A DNA stretch of 64,000 nucleotides from Centroscyllium fabricii (Eukaryota). Positions 1 to 62,509 of this stretch are shown in pieces. The position numbers were made by a program, and so were the translations under genes. Location of the stretch: assembly GCA_051313645.2 (NCBI GenBank), contig JBNRSN020000060.1:4278001-4342000 (forward strand), read 5' to 3'. Position 1 is the first letter of the stretch; each line of letters begins with the position of its first letter. The notes below the pieces were generated by a model that was not told the DNA's origin, did not search any database, and worked only from the letters and a program-made list of their open reading frames with translations.

Positions 1-190
1 GAAAGCTGCCGCTTGTCATAAAACCCCCAACTGGTTCAACAATGTCCTTCAGGGAATGGAACGGAATTTGCGTCCCCTCCCCGCTCTGGCCTACATGTGA
101 CTCCAGTCCTATACTATGTGGTTGACTATTAATGCCCTCGGGGCATCGATAGAGCCTTGCTGGTGTCGCCCACATGCTGAAAACAAAATA
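1..190 (+). mobile_element. Degenerate fragment of tRNA-headed SINE/LINE family ('family C')
   Basis: Matches the body of the 6770-7241 copy (ggttca..aatgtcctt.agggaa...ggcctacatgtgactccag). Confidence 0.7.
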
Positions 191-609
191 AGAGGGTGTT
201 GTGCCAGCATACTTGGTGTGGCTGTGTCCTCAAGGCGTGAGCAGTTGTACTTATCCATTTAATCAGTGCACAACCCTTGACTTCTGTAAACAGTGGTTAG
301 CTGATTCCTGAAGCACAGTTCCCCCAACCTCCTATTCCGTGGTGACCTTAAAGGCAATCAACTTTGCGATAAACAATCGGAACCAGTCTACTTGATAACT
401 AAAGAAGTGATCTGGTTAGACCAGCAAATTAATGGCTAAGGCGCGGTTCCCGACAGTTGAGTAGCTTGAGTAATTTATTTAAACTTTCCCAGGCTTCACA
501 TCCCTCTGGATGGTAACTGTTTGGGGATGTCAATTATGCAGCAGAGAAAGGAAAATAAAGAAACCAGAGGGAGAGGTTACCTGGATCATCGGAGCAATGC
601 TCCTAACTC

Positions 610-1010
610 AGCCAGGCTCAGTTGGTGGTAGGCTCACCTCTGAGGTGTGGAGTCCAGTGCTGCACTAGACCTTGAGCACAGCACCTGGGTTGACACTGGT
701 GCAGTACAGAGGGAGTGCTGCATGACTGGAGGTCCCCTTATGAAGATCAGACATTAAACTGGGGGTCTGTCTGCCGGTTCAGGTGGCTGTTAAATGCCCC
801 AAGGCACTTCTTGAAGAGGAGCAGGAGTGTTCCCCCGGTGCCCTGGCGAACACTCCGAGTTCTCAAACAACAAATCAATCAGCCATTCTCCAGCTGCTGC
901 TCGTTTCTGGGATCTTGCTGTGTGCAAGCTGGCGGTCACGTACCAACAGTAATTCCTTGTATATGACGCATTGCTGAGACACGTGACAAAATGTCACCAA
1001 TATAAATTAT
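610..1010 (+). mobile_element. DeuSINE/SacSINE1-like SINE, degenerate
   Basis: Core gtgcagtac.gagggagtgctgca...ttaaac.g.gg shared with copies at 8310 and 46181; boundaries approximate. Confidence 0.65.
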
Positions 1011-1530
1011 TTCTTTTTCCCAAGACGGGCAGTCACATGCCCGAATACAGGAACGTACAGAAATATGAAAAAAAAAGTCATGAACCTTAACTAGTTTACT
1101 AGGACCAAACTGATAAAGCCCAGACTATTTACTTAAACCTTATAAACAGAAAGAGGTGAATTGGCAGGGCAGTGGTCGGAGCCTCGGTCACAGAGCTGGT
1201 AACTGCGATGGTTTCTCAGTTTCACAAGTGGGATCAGTATTGAGAACATGACAATTCTCAACTGAAGCAGTTTCCGGGGTTGCATTAGTCTGACCGCCCT
1301 CTATTTAAAATATTCTGCTTGTGCCTCGAATCCAAATTGACAGCCGCAATGACCCCTCCACATTTATTTAATTCCTCGCCAATAACCAGCTCCCCTCCCC
1401 GTGGAACGGCTCTTCCGTGTTTGTGCGTGATCCGGTAGATCGCTGGATCCTGTAATGCCGGAGGCTGCGATCCACTGCATGACCTCCGGATCCCTGGAGA
1501 CAACAGACTGCGGGCGTCTTGTTCAAATGC

Positions 1531-2072
1531 AAGAAGTCACACAACACCAGGTTATAGTCCAACAGTTTTATTTTAAATCACAAGCTTTCGGAGCGGCTGC
1601 CCCTTCGTCAGGCGAAAGAGAAGCTGACTTAAAGAACGCACATATGGAAGGGAGAGAGAAATCTGATCCCCCACATCTCACCTTAGGAAAGAGACATGTG
1701 ACCCTGCCTGACGTAGAGTCATCCAGACCAGAGACATCTTTGTCTTGTAAGGAAATTCCTTGTTTAAAAATCATTCTGTGTGTTTTGCAGCATTTGACCC
1801 CTTGTGACTGCGCCTCATTGATCTCAGACTGATATGTTAAAATATGTTAATATGCCTTTGTTCTGTCTGTCTCTGCTAAGGTGAGATGTGGGAGATCAGA
1901 TTTCTCTCTCCCTTCCATATGTGCGTTCTTTAAATCAGCCTCTCTTTCGCCCGACAAAGGGCAGAAGCTCTGAAAGCTTGTGATTTAAAATAAAACTGTT
2001 GGACTATAACTTGGTGTTGTGTGACTTCTTGCAATTGTCCACCCCAGTCCAACACCGGCACCTCCACATCAT
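1531..2072 (+). mobile_element. Penelope-like element 3' end with inverted terminal copy
   Basis: ~1530-1686 is the reverse complement of ~1876-2033; flanked by direct repeat GTCTTGTTCAAATGC (1516-1530, 2073-2087); hammerhead-like core and AATAAA in the terminal repeat. Confidence 0.7.
1582..1611 (-). ncRNA. Minimal hammerhead-ribozyme-like core
   Basis: Minus strand reads CUGACGA-A-GGGGC(AGCC)GCUCC-GAAA-GCUU; catalytic boxes plus helix II, helix III reduced to palindromic AAGCUU. Confidence 0.5.
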
Positions 2073-2575
2073 GTCTTGTTCAAATGCTCAGGGCTGCTCC
2101 CAGTAATCGGCAAGCAAAGAGCTCCCTCTCCCACATTACAGCAGTTTCCCGAGCAGAATGAAATCATTTGGACTTCAGGGCTGATTGATCGAGGTTCGCT
2201 GCCATCGCTTTGCGCGTGTGCTCAGAACCAAGCATTTTAGCAACAGGAAAATGCCATTTGGCTCGACAAGCCCGAGTGGTTAGCGGAGATCAACCCTCCT
2301 GCAGACTGTGACTGGGGGGTCGGTGCAGCCGCAGAGCGGAACGAGCTGCCTGCTCATTGCAAGGGGCAGTTCCATCCTCACCTCTACCCACTGTAAAAAT
2401 ACACAATCAAACCCACCAAACCCGGCCAGGACACGGGCGGCCCTGAAGGTTCCTGCAGATACTTTTCGGCGTCTAATGGGTTCCAGACAATGGGGTCAAA
2501 CTTACTCTGTGCGATAGTGTAAAATAGCCAATCAGCAGCTGGAATTACATCTCTCCCATTGACGTCAACGGCAAC

Positions 2576-5290
2576 AGAAACATAGAAGATAGGAGCAGGA
2601 GTAGGCCATTATGCCCATCGAGTCTGCTCCACCATTCAATAGGATCATGGCTGATCATCCAAATTCAGTACCCTGTCCCTGCCTTCTCCCCATATCCCTT
2701 GACCCCTTTAGCCTTAAGAAATATATCCAACTCCTTCTTGAATATATTTAATGAATTGGCCTCAACTGCCTTCTGTGGTAGAGAATTCCACAGGTTCACC
2801 ACTCTCTGGGTGAAGAAATTCCTCCTCATCTCTGTCCTAAACGGCTTATCTTTAGACTGGCACCTCTGGTTCTGGACTCCTCCGCCATCAGGAACATTCT
2901 TCCTGCATCTAGTCTGTCCAGTCCTTTTATAAGTTTCAATGAGATCCCCTCTCATTCTTCTAAACTCCAGCGAGTATAAGCCCAATCGACCCAATCTCTC
3001 CTCATACGTCATTCCTGCCATCGCAGGTATCAGTCTGGTAAATCTTCACTGCACTCCTTCCATGGCAAGAACACCCTCTCAGATAAGGTGACCAAAACTG
3101 CACACAATACTCAAGGTGTGGTCTCACCAAGGCCCTGTACAGCTGCAGCAAGACATCCTTGTTCTTATATTCGAATCCTCTCGCTATGAAGGCCAACATA
3201 CCATTTGCCTTCTTAACCACCTGCTGCACCTGCATTCTTACCTTCAGTGACTGGTGCACAAGGACACCCAGGTCTTGTCGCACTTCCCCTTCTCCCAATC
3301 TATTGCCATTCAGACAATAATCTGCCTGCCTGTTTTGCCACCAAAGTGGATAACCTTGCATTTATCCATAGAAACTAGGAGCAGGAGTAGGCCATTCGGC
3401 CCTTCAAGCCTGCTCCGCCATTCAATGAGATCATGGCTGATCATCCAAACCCAGCACCCCGTCCCTGCCTTGTCCCCATATCCCTCGATCCCTGTCGAGC
3501 CTGCATCGACACATATCCCCGTAACCCTATCCCCGTAACCCCACATATTTAATCCCCCTAACACTAAGGGTCAATTTATCCTGGCCAATCAACCTAACCC
3601 GCACATCTTTGGACTGTGGGAGGAAACCGGAGCACCCAGAGGAAACCCACGCAGACACGGGGAGAATGTGCAAACTCCACACAGATAGTACCCGAGGCCG
3701 GATTTGAACCCGGGTCTCCAGTGCTGTGAGACAACAGTGCTAACCGCTGTGCCACCGTGCCGCCCACATTGGGCAAATGCATGGCAGATGCAATATAATC
3801 ACCCAACCTGTCCAAATCATCCTGGAGTTTCTCGGCATCCTCCTCACAGCACACATGCCCACCCAGCTTTGTGTCGCCTGCAAACTTGGAGATATTACAT
3901 CTAGTTCCCTCGTCTAGATCATTAATATATATTGTGAATAGCTATGGTCCTTGGACCAATCCCTGCGGTACCCCACTAGTCACTGCCTGCCACTTGGAAA
4001 AAGACCCGTTTATACCAACTCTTTGCCTCCTGTCTACCAACCAGTTCTCTATCCAAGTCAGTACCTTGCCCCCAATGCTACGTGCCTTAACTTTATATGC
4101 TAATCTCTTATGCGGGACCTTATCGAAAGCCTTCTGAAAGTCTAAATAAACCACATCCACTGGTTCTCCCTTATCTATTCTACCAGTTACATCCTCAAAA
4201 AATTCCAGTAGATTAGTCAAGCACGATTTACCTTTTCTAAATCCATGTTGACTTTGTCCGATCCTGTCACTGTTTTCCAAGTGCTCTGCGATTACATCTT
4301 TTATAATGGACTCTAGCATTTTCCCCACGACCGATGTCAGGCTTACCGGTCTATAATTCCCTGTTTTCTCTCTACCACCTTTTTTGAATAGTGGGTTTAC
4401 ATTAGCTACCCTCCAATCCATGGGAACTGTTCCAGAGTCTATCGAATTTTGGAAGATGAGCAGCAATACATCTACTATTTCTAGGGCCACTTCCTTAAAT
4501 ACCCTAGGATGTAGATTATCAGGCCCTGGGGATTTATCAGCCTTCAATCCCGTCAATTTCTCTAATGCCATTTCCCTATAAATACTGATTTCTATCAGTT
4601 CCTCCCTTTCATTAGACCCCATGGTCCTCAACATTGCCGGGAGGTTGTTTGTGTCCTCCTTTGTGAAGACAGAACCAAAGTATATATTTAATTGGTCTGC
4701 CATTTCTTTGTACCCCATTATCAATTCCCCTGATTCTGACTGCAAGGGACCTTCGCTTGACTTCACCAATCTTTTTCTCTTCACATATCTACAGAAGCAT
4801 TTACAGTCAGTTTTTATGTTCCCTGCAAGCTTATTTTCATATTCTATTTTCCGCCTCTTAAGTAATCCCTTTGTCCTCCTTTAGCTGAATCCTAAACTGC
4901 TCCCAATCCTCAGGTTTGCTGCTTTCCTGGCCAATTTATATGTGCTCTCCTTGGATCTTATGCTATCCCTAATTTCCCTTGTTAGCCACGGTTGAGTCAC
5001 CTTTTATGTTTCATTTTTATGCCAAACAGGGATGAACAAATTCTGTAGTTCATCCATGCAATCTTTAAATGTTTGCCATTGCCTATCCACCATCAACCCT
5101 TTGAGTAGCATTCCCCAATCAATCCTACCCAACTCGCGCCTCATACCATCGTAGTTTCCTTTATTTAAATTCAGGACCCTAGTCTCTGAGTCAACTACTT
5201 CACTCTCCATCTTAATGAAGAATTCTATCATATTATGATCGCTCCGACCCAAGGGGTCTCACACAAGATTGCTAATTACTCCTTTCTCAT
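2576..5290 (-). mobile_element. 5'-truncated CR1 LINE (family B, HER1-like), disrupted
   Basis: ORF2 fragments 5004..5252, 3942..4784 (KSPGPD, NYRPVSLTS, DFQKAFD, GVPQG), 3002..3361, 2665..3021; CR1 3' hairpin and TATGTTTC-type tail; interrupted by a SINE at 3367-3764. Confidence 0.92.
3367..3764 (-). mobile_element. HE1-like V-SINE, full length, nested in CR1
   Basis: tRNA head with A box (TGGCACAGCGG) and B box (GGTTCAAATCC), V-domain (TCTCCCCGTGTCTGCGTGGGTTTCC), CR1-derived tail. Confidence 0.88.
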
Positions 5291-5684
5291 AAAAATGGGG
5301 AGAGGTGTAAAATAGGCTGCCAACTCGCTATCACATGTTTACACTGAATCCCACCTCCACCAACAGCCTACAGCTAGTGAAGCTACAAGCAGAGGTCCAG
5401 AGACATTTGGAGCAGAAACCGCAGCCCCCAGAGGCCACAGATAAAGGGGGAGTTGGGCTGCTGGTGACCTCCTGCCAATGACTGGTCTGATGGAAGATTC
5501 TGATTTGCTAAGGATGTACTTTCCATCATAAGAAATAGGAGCAGGAGTAGACCATTCGGCCCCTCAAGCCTGCTCTGCCATTCAACAACATTTTCTAACT
5601 CAACTCCACTTTCCTACACTATCCCCATATCCCTTGATTCCCTTAATATCCAAAATTCGATCGCGCTCTGTCTTGAATATACTC

Positions 5685-6092
5685 CCAACAGTTTTATTTG
5701 AAATCACAAGCTTTCGGAGCGTTGCTCCTTCATCAGGTGTAAGAGATGCATATAAACACAGCATATATAGTCAGAGAACAATGTAATCTTTCCAACTGCC
5801 CTACGTCACACCTCGGCAGAGAGACATTCATAGCAATCAAAGGTGTTAATGGTGTTTACACAGATCTGTTTAAACACCATTAACACCTTTGATTGCTATG
5901 AATGTCTCTCTGCCGAGGTGTGATGTAGGGCAGTTGGAAAGATTACATTGTTCTCCGACTATATATGCTGTGTCTGTATGAAGGAGCAGCGCTCCAAAAG
6001 CTTGTGATTTCAAATAAAACTGTTGGACTATAACCTGGTGTTGTGTGACTTCTTACATTTGTCCACCCCAGTCCAACACCGGCACCTCCACA
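5685..6092 (+). mobile_element. Penelope-like fold-back insertion (long palindrome)
   Basis: Arms of about 160-180 bp centred on CAGATCTG (~5862-5869); 14-bp TSD TCTTGAATATACTC (5671-5684, 6093-6106); terminal ~110 bp match the 1531-2072 element. Confidence 0.75.
5708..5736 (-). ncRNA. Minimal hammerhead-ribozyme-like core
   Basis: Minus strand reads CUGAUGA-A-GGAGC(AAC)GCUCC-GAAA-GCUU. Confidence 0.55.
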
Positions 6093-6769
6093 TCTTGAAT
6101 ATACTCAACGACTGAGCCTCCACAGCCCTTTGAGGTAGAGAATTCCAAAGATTCACCACCCTCAGTGAAGAAATTTCTCCTCATCTCGGTCCTAAATGGC
6201 CGACCCCTTATTCTGAGACTGTGACCCCTGGTTTGAGACTCCCCAGCCAGGGGAAACATCCTGTCAAGCCCTGTAAGAATTCTGTATGTTTCAATGAGAT
6301 CACCGCAAATTAGAAGAAAGTAACTAATAGTGTCACGCAAGGATCAGTGCTCAGGGCATCAACTATTCACTATATTTATTAATGACATGGATAACAGAAG
6401 AGAGAGCCATATATCCAGGTTTGCCAATGACACAAAGACAGGTGGCACAGTAAGCAGTGGAGAGGGTCACCAGTCTGAGAACCAGGCACAGTCCTGAGTC
6501 ACTACTGCTGTGGAGTCAAATGGTGACAATGATCCTTAGGTGGGACATAAGTTGGTATCTTGGGGAAGAGGTGGCTCTACAATGACATGCCTACCGATGG
6601 AAGATTGGAACCAACTCCACCCTGTGTGGCAGATTTAATAATCTGATACCTACGACAGGACGTCCACAGCACTTTAAGCACAATTGAATGACCAACCAAC
6701 TTGGTTCCTTACTAGGACCTGGAGGGGTACTGACATCATTGGGTCCAGGAATCTTCCCACCTCCCCATC

Positions 6770-7241
6770 GGGGAGGCGGTGGCGCAGTGGTTATGTCACT
6801 AGACTAGTAAGCCAGAGGCTCAGTCAAATGCTCTGAGGATATGGGTTCAAATCCCACCACGACAGCTGGTGGAATTTAAATTCAATTCAATTCAATTCTG
6901 GAATTAAATGTTAGTCTTAGTAATGGCGACCATGATACCGTTGTCGATTGTTGCAAAAACCCCTCTGGTTCACTAATGTCCTTTAGGGAAGGAAATCTGC
7001 CGTCCTTACCTGGTCTGGCCTACATGTGACTCCAGACCCACAGCAATGTGGTTGACTCTTAATGCCCTCTGAAATGGCCCAGCCAGCCACTCAGTTGTAA
7101 ACAACAGCTACGAAAAACAATAAGACTGCAGCGGTTCAAGAAGGCGGCTCACCACCATCTTCTCAAGGGCAATTAGGGATGGGCACTAAATGCAGGCCTA
7201 GCCAGCCAGCGACGCCCACATCCCATCAATGAATAAAAAAA
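6770..7241 (+). mobile_element. tRNA-headed SINE-like element (family C) with LINE-derived tail
   Basis: A box TGGCGCAGTGG, B box GGTTCAAATCC; tail encodes LQRFKKAAHHHLLKGN* then an A-rich end. Confidence 0.8.
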
Positions 7242-8309
7242 ACTTGGCTCTAGCTATCTCTACAAGCCAATGTGTTAATGGGTTGGATTCTCCTAGTTGG
7301 ACAAGCAGCGAGGATACTTGGTGCTGTTTTAGCTGGTTCTATTCCAGCAGTACCCCCTGTGCACACATGGCTGTTTTCAAACTGCACCAAAACTCTTTCG
7401 ACTTAGGTAAGTGGAGAGTGTTCCTACAGGGAGACAGTGTGCACTCCATGTCAGGCAAACAGAAACTCTAACCTATGTGGATTTCTCAGTAACTTGGTTA
7501 CAAAGAATAACATTGAAATTGCAACACAGAAACAGGCCGTTCAGTTCAACCTATCCGTGTTGGTGTTTATCCTCCACACAAACAGTAATCCTAATCCCGT
7601 GGGTCCGACCTGTTCTCTTATCTCATTATCTCCCTTCAACCACCTATCGAACCTATTCTTAAATAGTTGACATGATTGATCTCTGCTTCACTCACTAAAT
7701 GCTCTGTGGTTTGGGGCTGATAGTTTGTGTGTGTCAGACACCCCGCAGGAAAAACTGCAGCAGTTATATATTTTTGACCCTGGTTATTTTAACCTGTAGG
7801 ACCCCTGTGCTCTTTTCTCATTGCCTGACTGGGAGGTGCTGTCTGCTCGGCCTCCCCTCCTCTGTTTGGGGGAAATCATGGGCACAAACCTACAAACGAC
7901 TCCTCGCTGGCACAGCACACAGTACCACCAGGCGGCATAAAAATAGTCGGCAATCGTTTCTAAAAAACTCTACCTCTCTCATCTCCTGAAGGCATGAACT
8001 GCCCGAGAGGGGTACAGTTCCCCAAGTACCACGCATCCTCCTCATTCAAGTGGCCATCATTCATGAGTGAGCCATGGCATTGCGGTCTAGCTCGATCCCA
8101 TCCTCGCCCAGCATTTGTGCACACGCACTTCCAGTAGGGGATGCTGTGCAGCGATCAGGAGCGTGAATCCTGGCCCTTTTCTCCTTCCCTCGGCAGAGTG
8201 GCTCCAGCCAGTTGTAGCATCATTACTGCTGCCTTGGCTGAGCTCAGACAACGCAGCACAGACCAGGGATCAAATCTGGGAACTTCCAGAGAACAGAATG
8301 GCTCATAGG

Positions 8310-8670
8310 AGACTGACACTCCAGGGGAGTACTGAGGGAGCGCTGCACTGTCAGAGGCGCCGCCTTTCGAGTGAGAAATTAAACCAAGGCCCTGTCAGCT
8401 CTCTTAGGTGGATGCAAATAATCCTACAGCACTATTGGAAGAAGAGCAGGGGAGTTCTCCCTGTGTCCTGGCCAATATCTATCCCTCAATCAGCATCACG
8501 AAAACAGATTATCTGGGCAACATCACATTGCTGTTTGTGGGATCTTGCTGTGCATAACCAGCTGCCATGTTTCCTTCATTACAACAGTGACTAAGATTCA
8601 AAAGTCATTCATTGGCTGTAAAGCACTTTGGGACGTCATAAAAGGTGCTAAAAAATGCAAGTCTTTCTTT
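8310..8670 (+). mobile_element. DeuSINE/SacSINE1-like SINE
   Basis: gactgacactcc..gtactgagggagcgctgcactgtcagagg..ttaaaccaaggccc core; tail aaaggtgcta..aaatgcaagtctttc. Confidence 0.7.
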
Positions 8671-8845
8671 TACTTCCGAGTTATCAGGACAATCGGGTGG
8701 CAATCTTAATTATAAATACACATTTCACCTATCTGTAAGCTGATGGCAAGTTTGCCGAGCCTACAATTTAGTGAATAGTTTTACCTTGATGCCAAAACAT
8801 TCCCCAAAATAATTCACATGTTTCTATTGATTAGTACCTCATCGG

Positions 8846-9230
8846 GTACAGTAGCATTGTGTTACTGGACTACTAATCCAGAGGCGTGGACTAATGATCC
8901 GAAGACATTGGGACAGTTGGGGAATTTAAATTCAGTTAATTCAATAAATCTGGAATAAAAAGCTAGTATCAGTAATGGTGACCATGAAACTATCGGATTG
9001 TCGTAAAAACCCATCTAGTTCACTAATGTCCTTTGGGGAAGGAAATCTGCCGTCCTTACCCAGTCTGGCCGATACGAGACTCCAGATCCACAGCAATGTG
9101 GTTGACTCTTAACTGCCCTCTGTGGTTCGAGGCGGCGGCTCACCACCACCTTCTCAAGGGGCAACTTGGGATGGGCAATAAATGGCAACCTTGCCAGCGA
9201 CGCCCACATATCCCCTGAATGATTTAAAAA
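8846..9230 (+). mobile_element. Family C SINE-like copy
   Basis: Same head/body as 6770-7241, joined to the AAHHHLLKG tail at a different breakpoint. Confidence 0.75.
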
Positions 9231-10072
9231 ACCTCAGCTGCCCATGTGTTGTCACAAAAGCATCAGGCAGTGATCTTTATTGTGGGGGTTTAACCACAGG
9301 TCTCAGCCATACGTTTGATTTTGCCTCTTGGCCTTTTCAGTGCTCCACTTAGATTGTTTTGCCCCACTCCTCTCCTGAAGCCACTGGCTCTTTGTTGGGA
9401 TAGAGATTCCAGGGCCGGCAAACTGCCTCATGGTCCCTTCTGCCAGTGGCCATTCCTCATGTGTGAGCCTGGGCTCCCACGGTTTTACGGAGTTGATCAC
9501 ACACGCTTTACACACAGGTCGTGCAGTGCCTGGAGTTTCTCTTGCAGCTCCACCAGGATACACTAGGCTGCCAGAGTCAGCCTCTGATTCTACATCCTAA
9601 AAGCCGCTACTGATCGCAGAAGGCATTTCGACCATTGCTGCTTCACAGCAGATGGACCCAAAAGTCCGACAGCAATAGCACACGTGGTTTGTACGTTCAG
9701 TTTTTACTGCTCACTTAACAAATGAGGCCACACCACTAAAATCTCTCCTAATTGCTTACTTTTTCCCTTTCATCAATGTCAATGCAAACTTTCAGCCAAA
9801 TTAAAACACCAGGACAAACACTGTTCTTAATAAAAGGTGCAACACAACGGTAGGAAAGGAAGGGGCTTGAAATCCTGGGGACAGTAAGTCCTGCTGCCTT
9901 CTCTTGCCCGGCTGTGTTGTCAGTGACACTAGAAACGCGTCCTTTTGTTGTGTTGTGAATCTCCAGCCTTTGGACAGGCCGAAGTCTGGCTGTACTGGAG
10001 TTTGAAAAGCTTTCGGTTTCTTGCTGTGTATTAAAAGCCATCCCCAGCCCTGTCGCGATGTGCCCCTCTGCC

Positions 10073-60799
<50,727 letters not shown>

Positions 60800-62509
60800 T
60801 TATGCTCACTCCCAGTGTTACCTCTGTACAATATGGACATTTTCGGAATGATTTAACAGGCAAGGCAGGTACTGGGTTCAGTTGAAATCCCCCGATGGCT
60901 CAGCCAAGATTTTCTGTATCTCTAGTTGGGTTTGTGCAGGCTTTCTCGTCTCATGGTTTTATGGTTACTACATAAATCACTCCCCTAAAAATTCGTCTCT
61001 TAAACTCCATATACGGCATCTTAGATCCTCTGCCTTGTGTCCTGTGTTGAGATCAAGACACTTCTCACTGTCTGTAGTGGAGTGCCAACATGTTGTGCAG
61101 CATAGTGCTACGGCATATGGGTCACGCTTTTAATTCACCAGACAGCAAAGCTCCTGAACTTTGTCAAATCTACGTCCAGTTACTCAAGGCCAACTCATTT
61201 GATCTCTTGCCACTGGCGAAAACTGCCACATGCCACAGCCCAAGAGCAGACGCCATGCACGGAGCCGCAGACCCAAAGCTGCGGCAAAATAAAAAGACAA
61301 ACCATGGCCCCTTCATTGCTCAACATGCCCAAAGCTCGCAACAACTGCCCAATTCTACCCTGGGACATGCCAGAGAAATTCATGGATGTCATGTGGGCGT
61401 TCCCTATTCAAAATACAGCTCACTTCTAAAAGCGAGAGGTGAAAGGTTTTGGCATTTTTGCACAATTAGGAAATTTCAATTCCAACTAAAATGACGCAGT
61501 CTCTGGGCTCAAGGAAGAAAATGGTTCACTTGTATTTTCCCAGCAGCACCTGGGAAGTTTCAGAAGCCTGGGAATGAATGCTGCCAGCAAATGGGAAATT
61601 AACACAGCTTCAAAAATTGGAACTCTTCTCCAGCTTTCAAAACACCCACGGCTTTTGGCAACAGCTGCAAAACACACAGCCCATCCACTCCGAGAACATC
61701 ACCGAGCAGATCGGGCAACCGCAAATGACCAGACAAAGAAAAACTATCTTAAACTGTCATAATCCGAATTAGAAAAGCAATTTGCTCTGTAAATACATGG
61801 TAGAATAGGGACTGGGGAGAAGAAAATGAGGCAGGATTCCCACACCTGATATTGATTGAGGCCATAGGAATGTGTTGGACAGTGGATATCAGGTGTGGAT
61901 TAGCTGAAGCTCGACTGTGATGTCTCCCACAGTGAGTAATAACCAGCTGATGCTAACTGTCCGCCCTTACACATGAAGAATGGTGAGAGTCGGGCAGGTA
62001 CCACAGGACAGTCAGTGCCTGTTGAAGTGTGCCCCGGTGTAAGTGTACCTAACCTTCTCCTCAGCAGCAGAAACTTCAGTGTCTTTGCAATGGATGGTAT
62101 CAGGAAGAAGTTTATATAAACAGATATATTTTCCTTTGTTACTGTCCTCACTCCATCCCTTGCACACATATTGCCACACACACACTCCGCAGCCCAAAGG
62201 TGGTACGGTGGACTACTTCTGGTGTCAGCGTGGTCGAGTCAGAAGGTTGTGGGTTCAAAGCTCCAAATGGGACTGGAGAACTTTACAAGGTCAGAGTTCA
62301 GGGGCATCAGTTGCTCCTGTAGGCATATCTTATGTCCCTTACATTCCAGAGTTGACTCACTGTCCAATATGTATTTATACAACAGTGTAATCTATGAGAT
62401 GAATCAACGTGTCCGCCCCCACCCTTGACATACAAACTGGATATTGTGCCTTTCGCTCATGCCTTCACATGTGCTTCTCCAAGCCTTGCGAACCTGGATT
62501 GAGCAAATA

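Larger units (their letters stand above)
5527..6465 (-). mobile_element. Older CR1 3' fragment (minus) followed by an inverted RT fragment (~6310-6465, plus)
   Basis: ORF 6053..6340 (GDLIETYRILTGLDRMFP..FRTEMRRNFF) and CR1 tail at 5527-5590; 6330-6445 encodes degenerate QGSVL...FANDTK on the plus strand; split by a Penelope insertion. Confidence 0.75.

Noticed and set aside
6770-6860. tRNA genes at A/B-box sequences (also 57078, 3700-3764, 46000-46070)
   Set aside because: They are SINE heads continuing into SINE bodies; I could not identify a complete cloverleaf.
9276-9281. Candidate MAPKAPK3 poly(A) signal (AATAAA on minus, ~790 nt after the stop)
   Set aside because: Plausible but cannot be distinguished from other hexamers without transcript data.
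190-10000. A second host gene downstream of MAPKAPK3
   Set aside because: No ORF or splice-bounded segment with recognisable non-TE protein similarity; short ORFs map to repeats.
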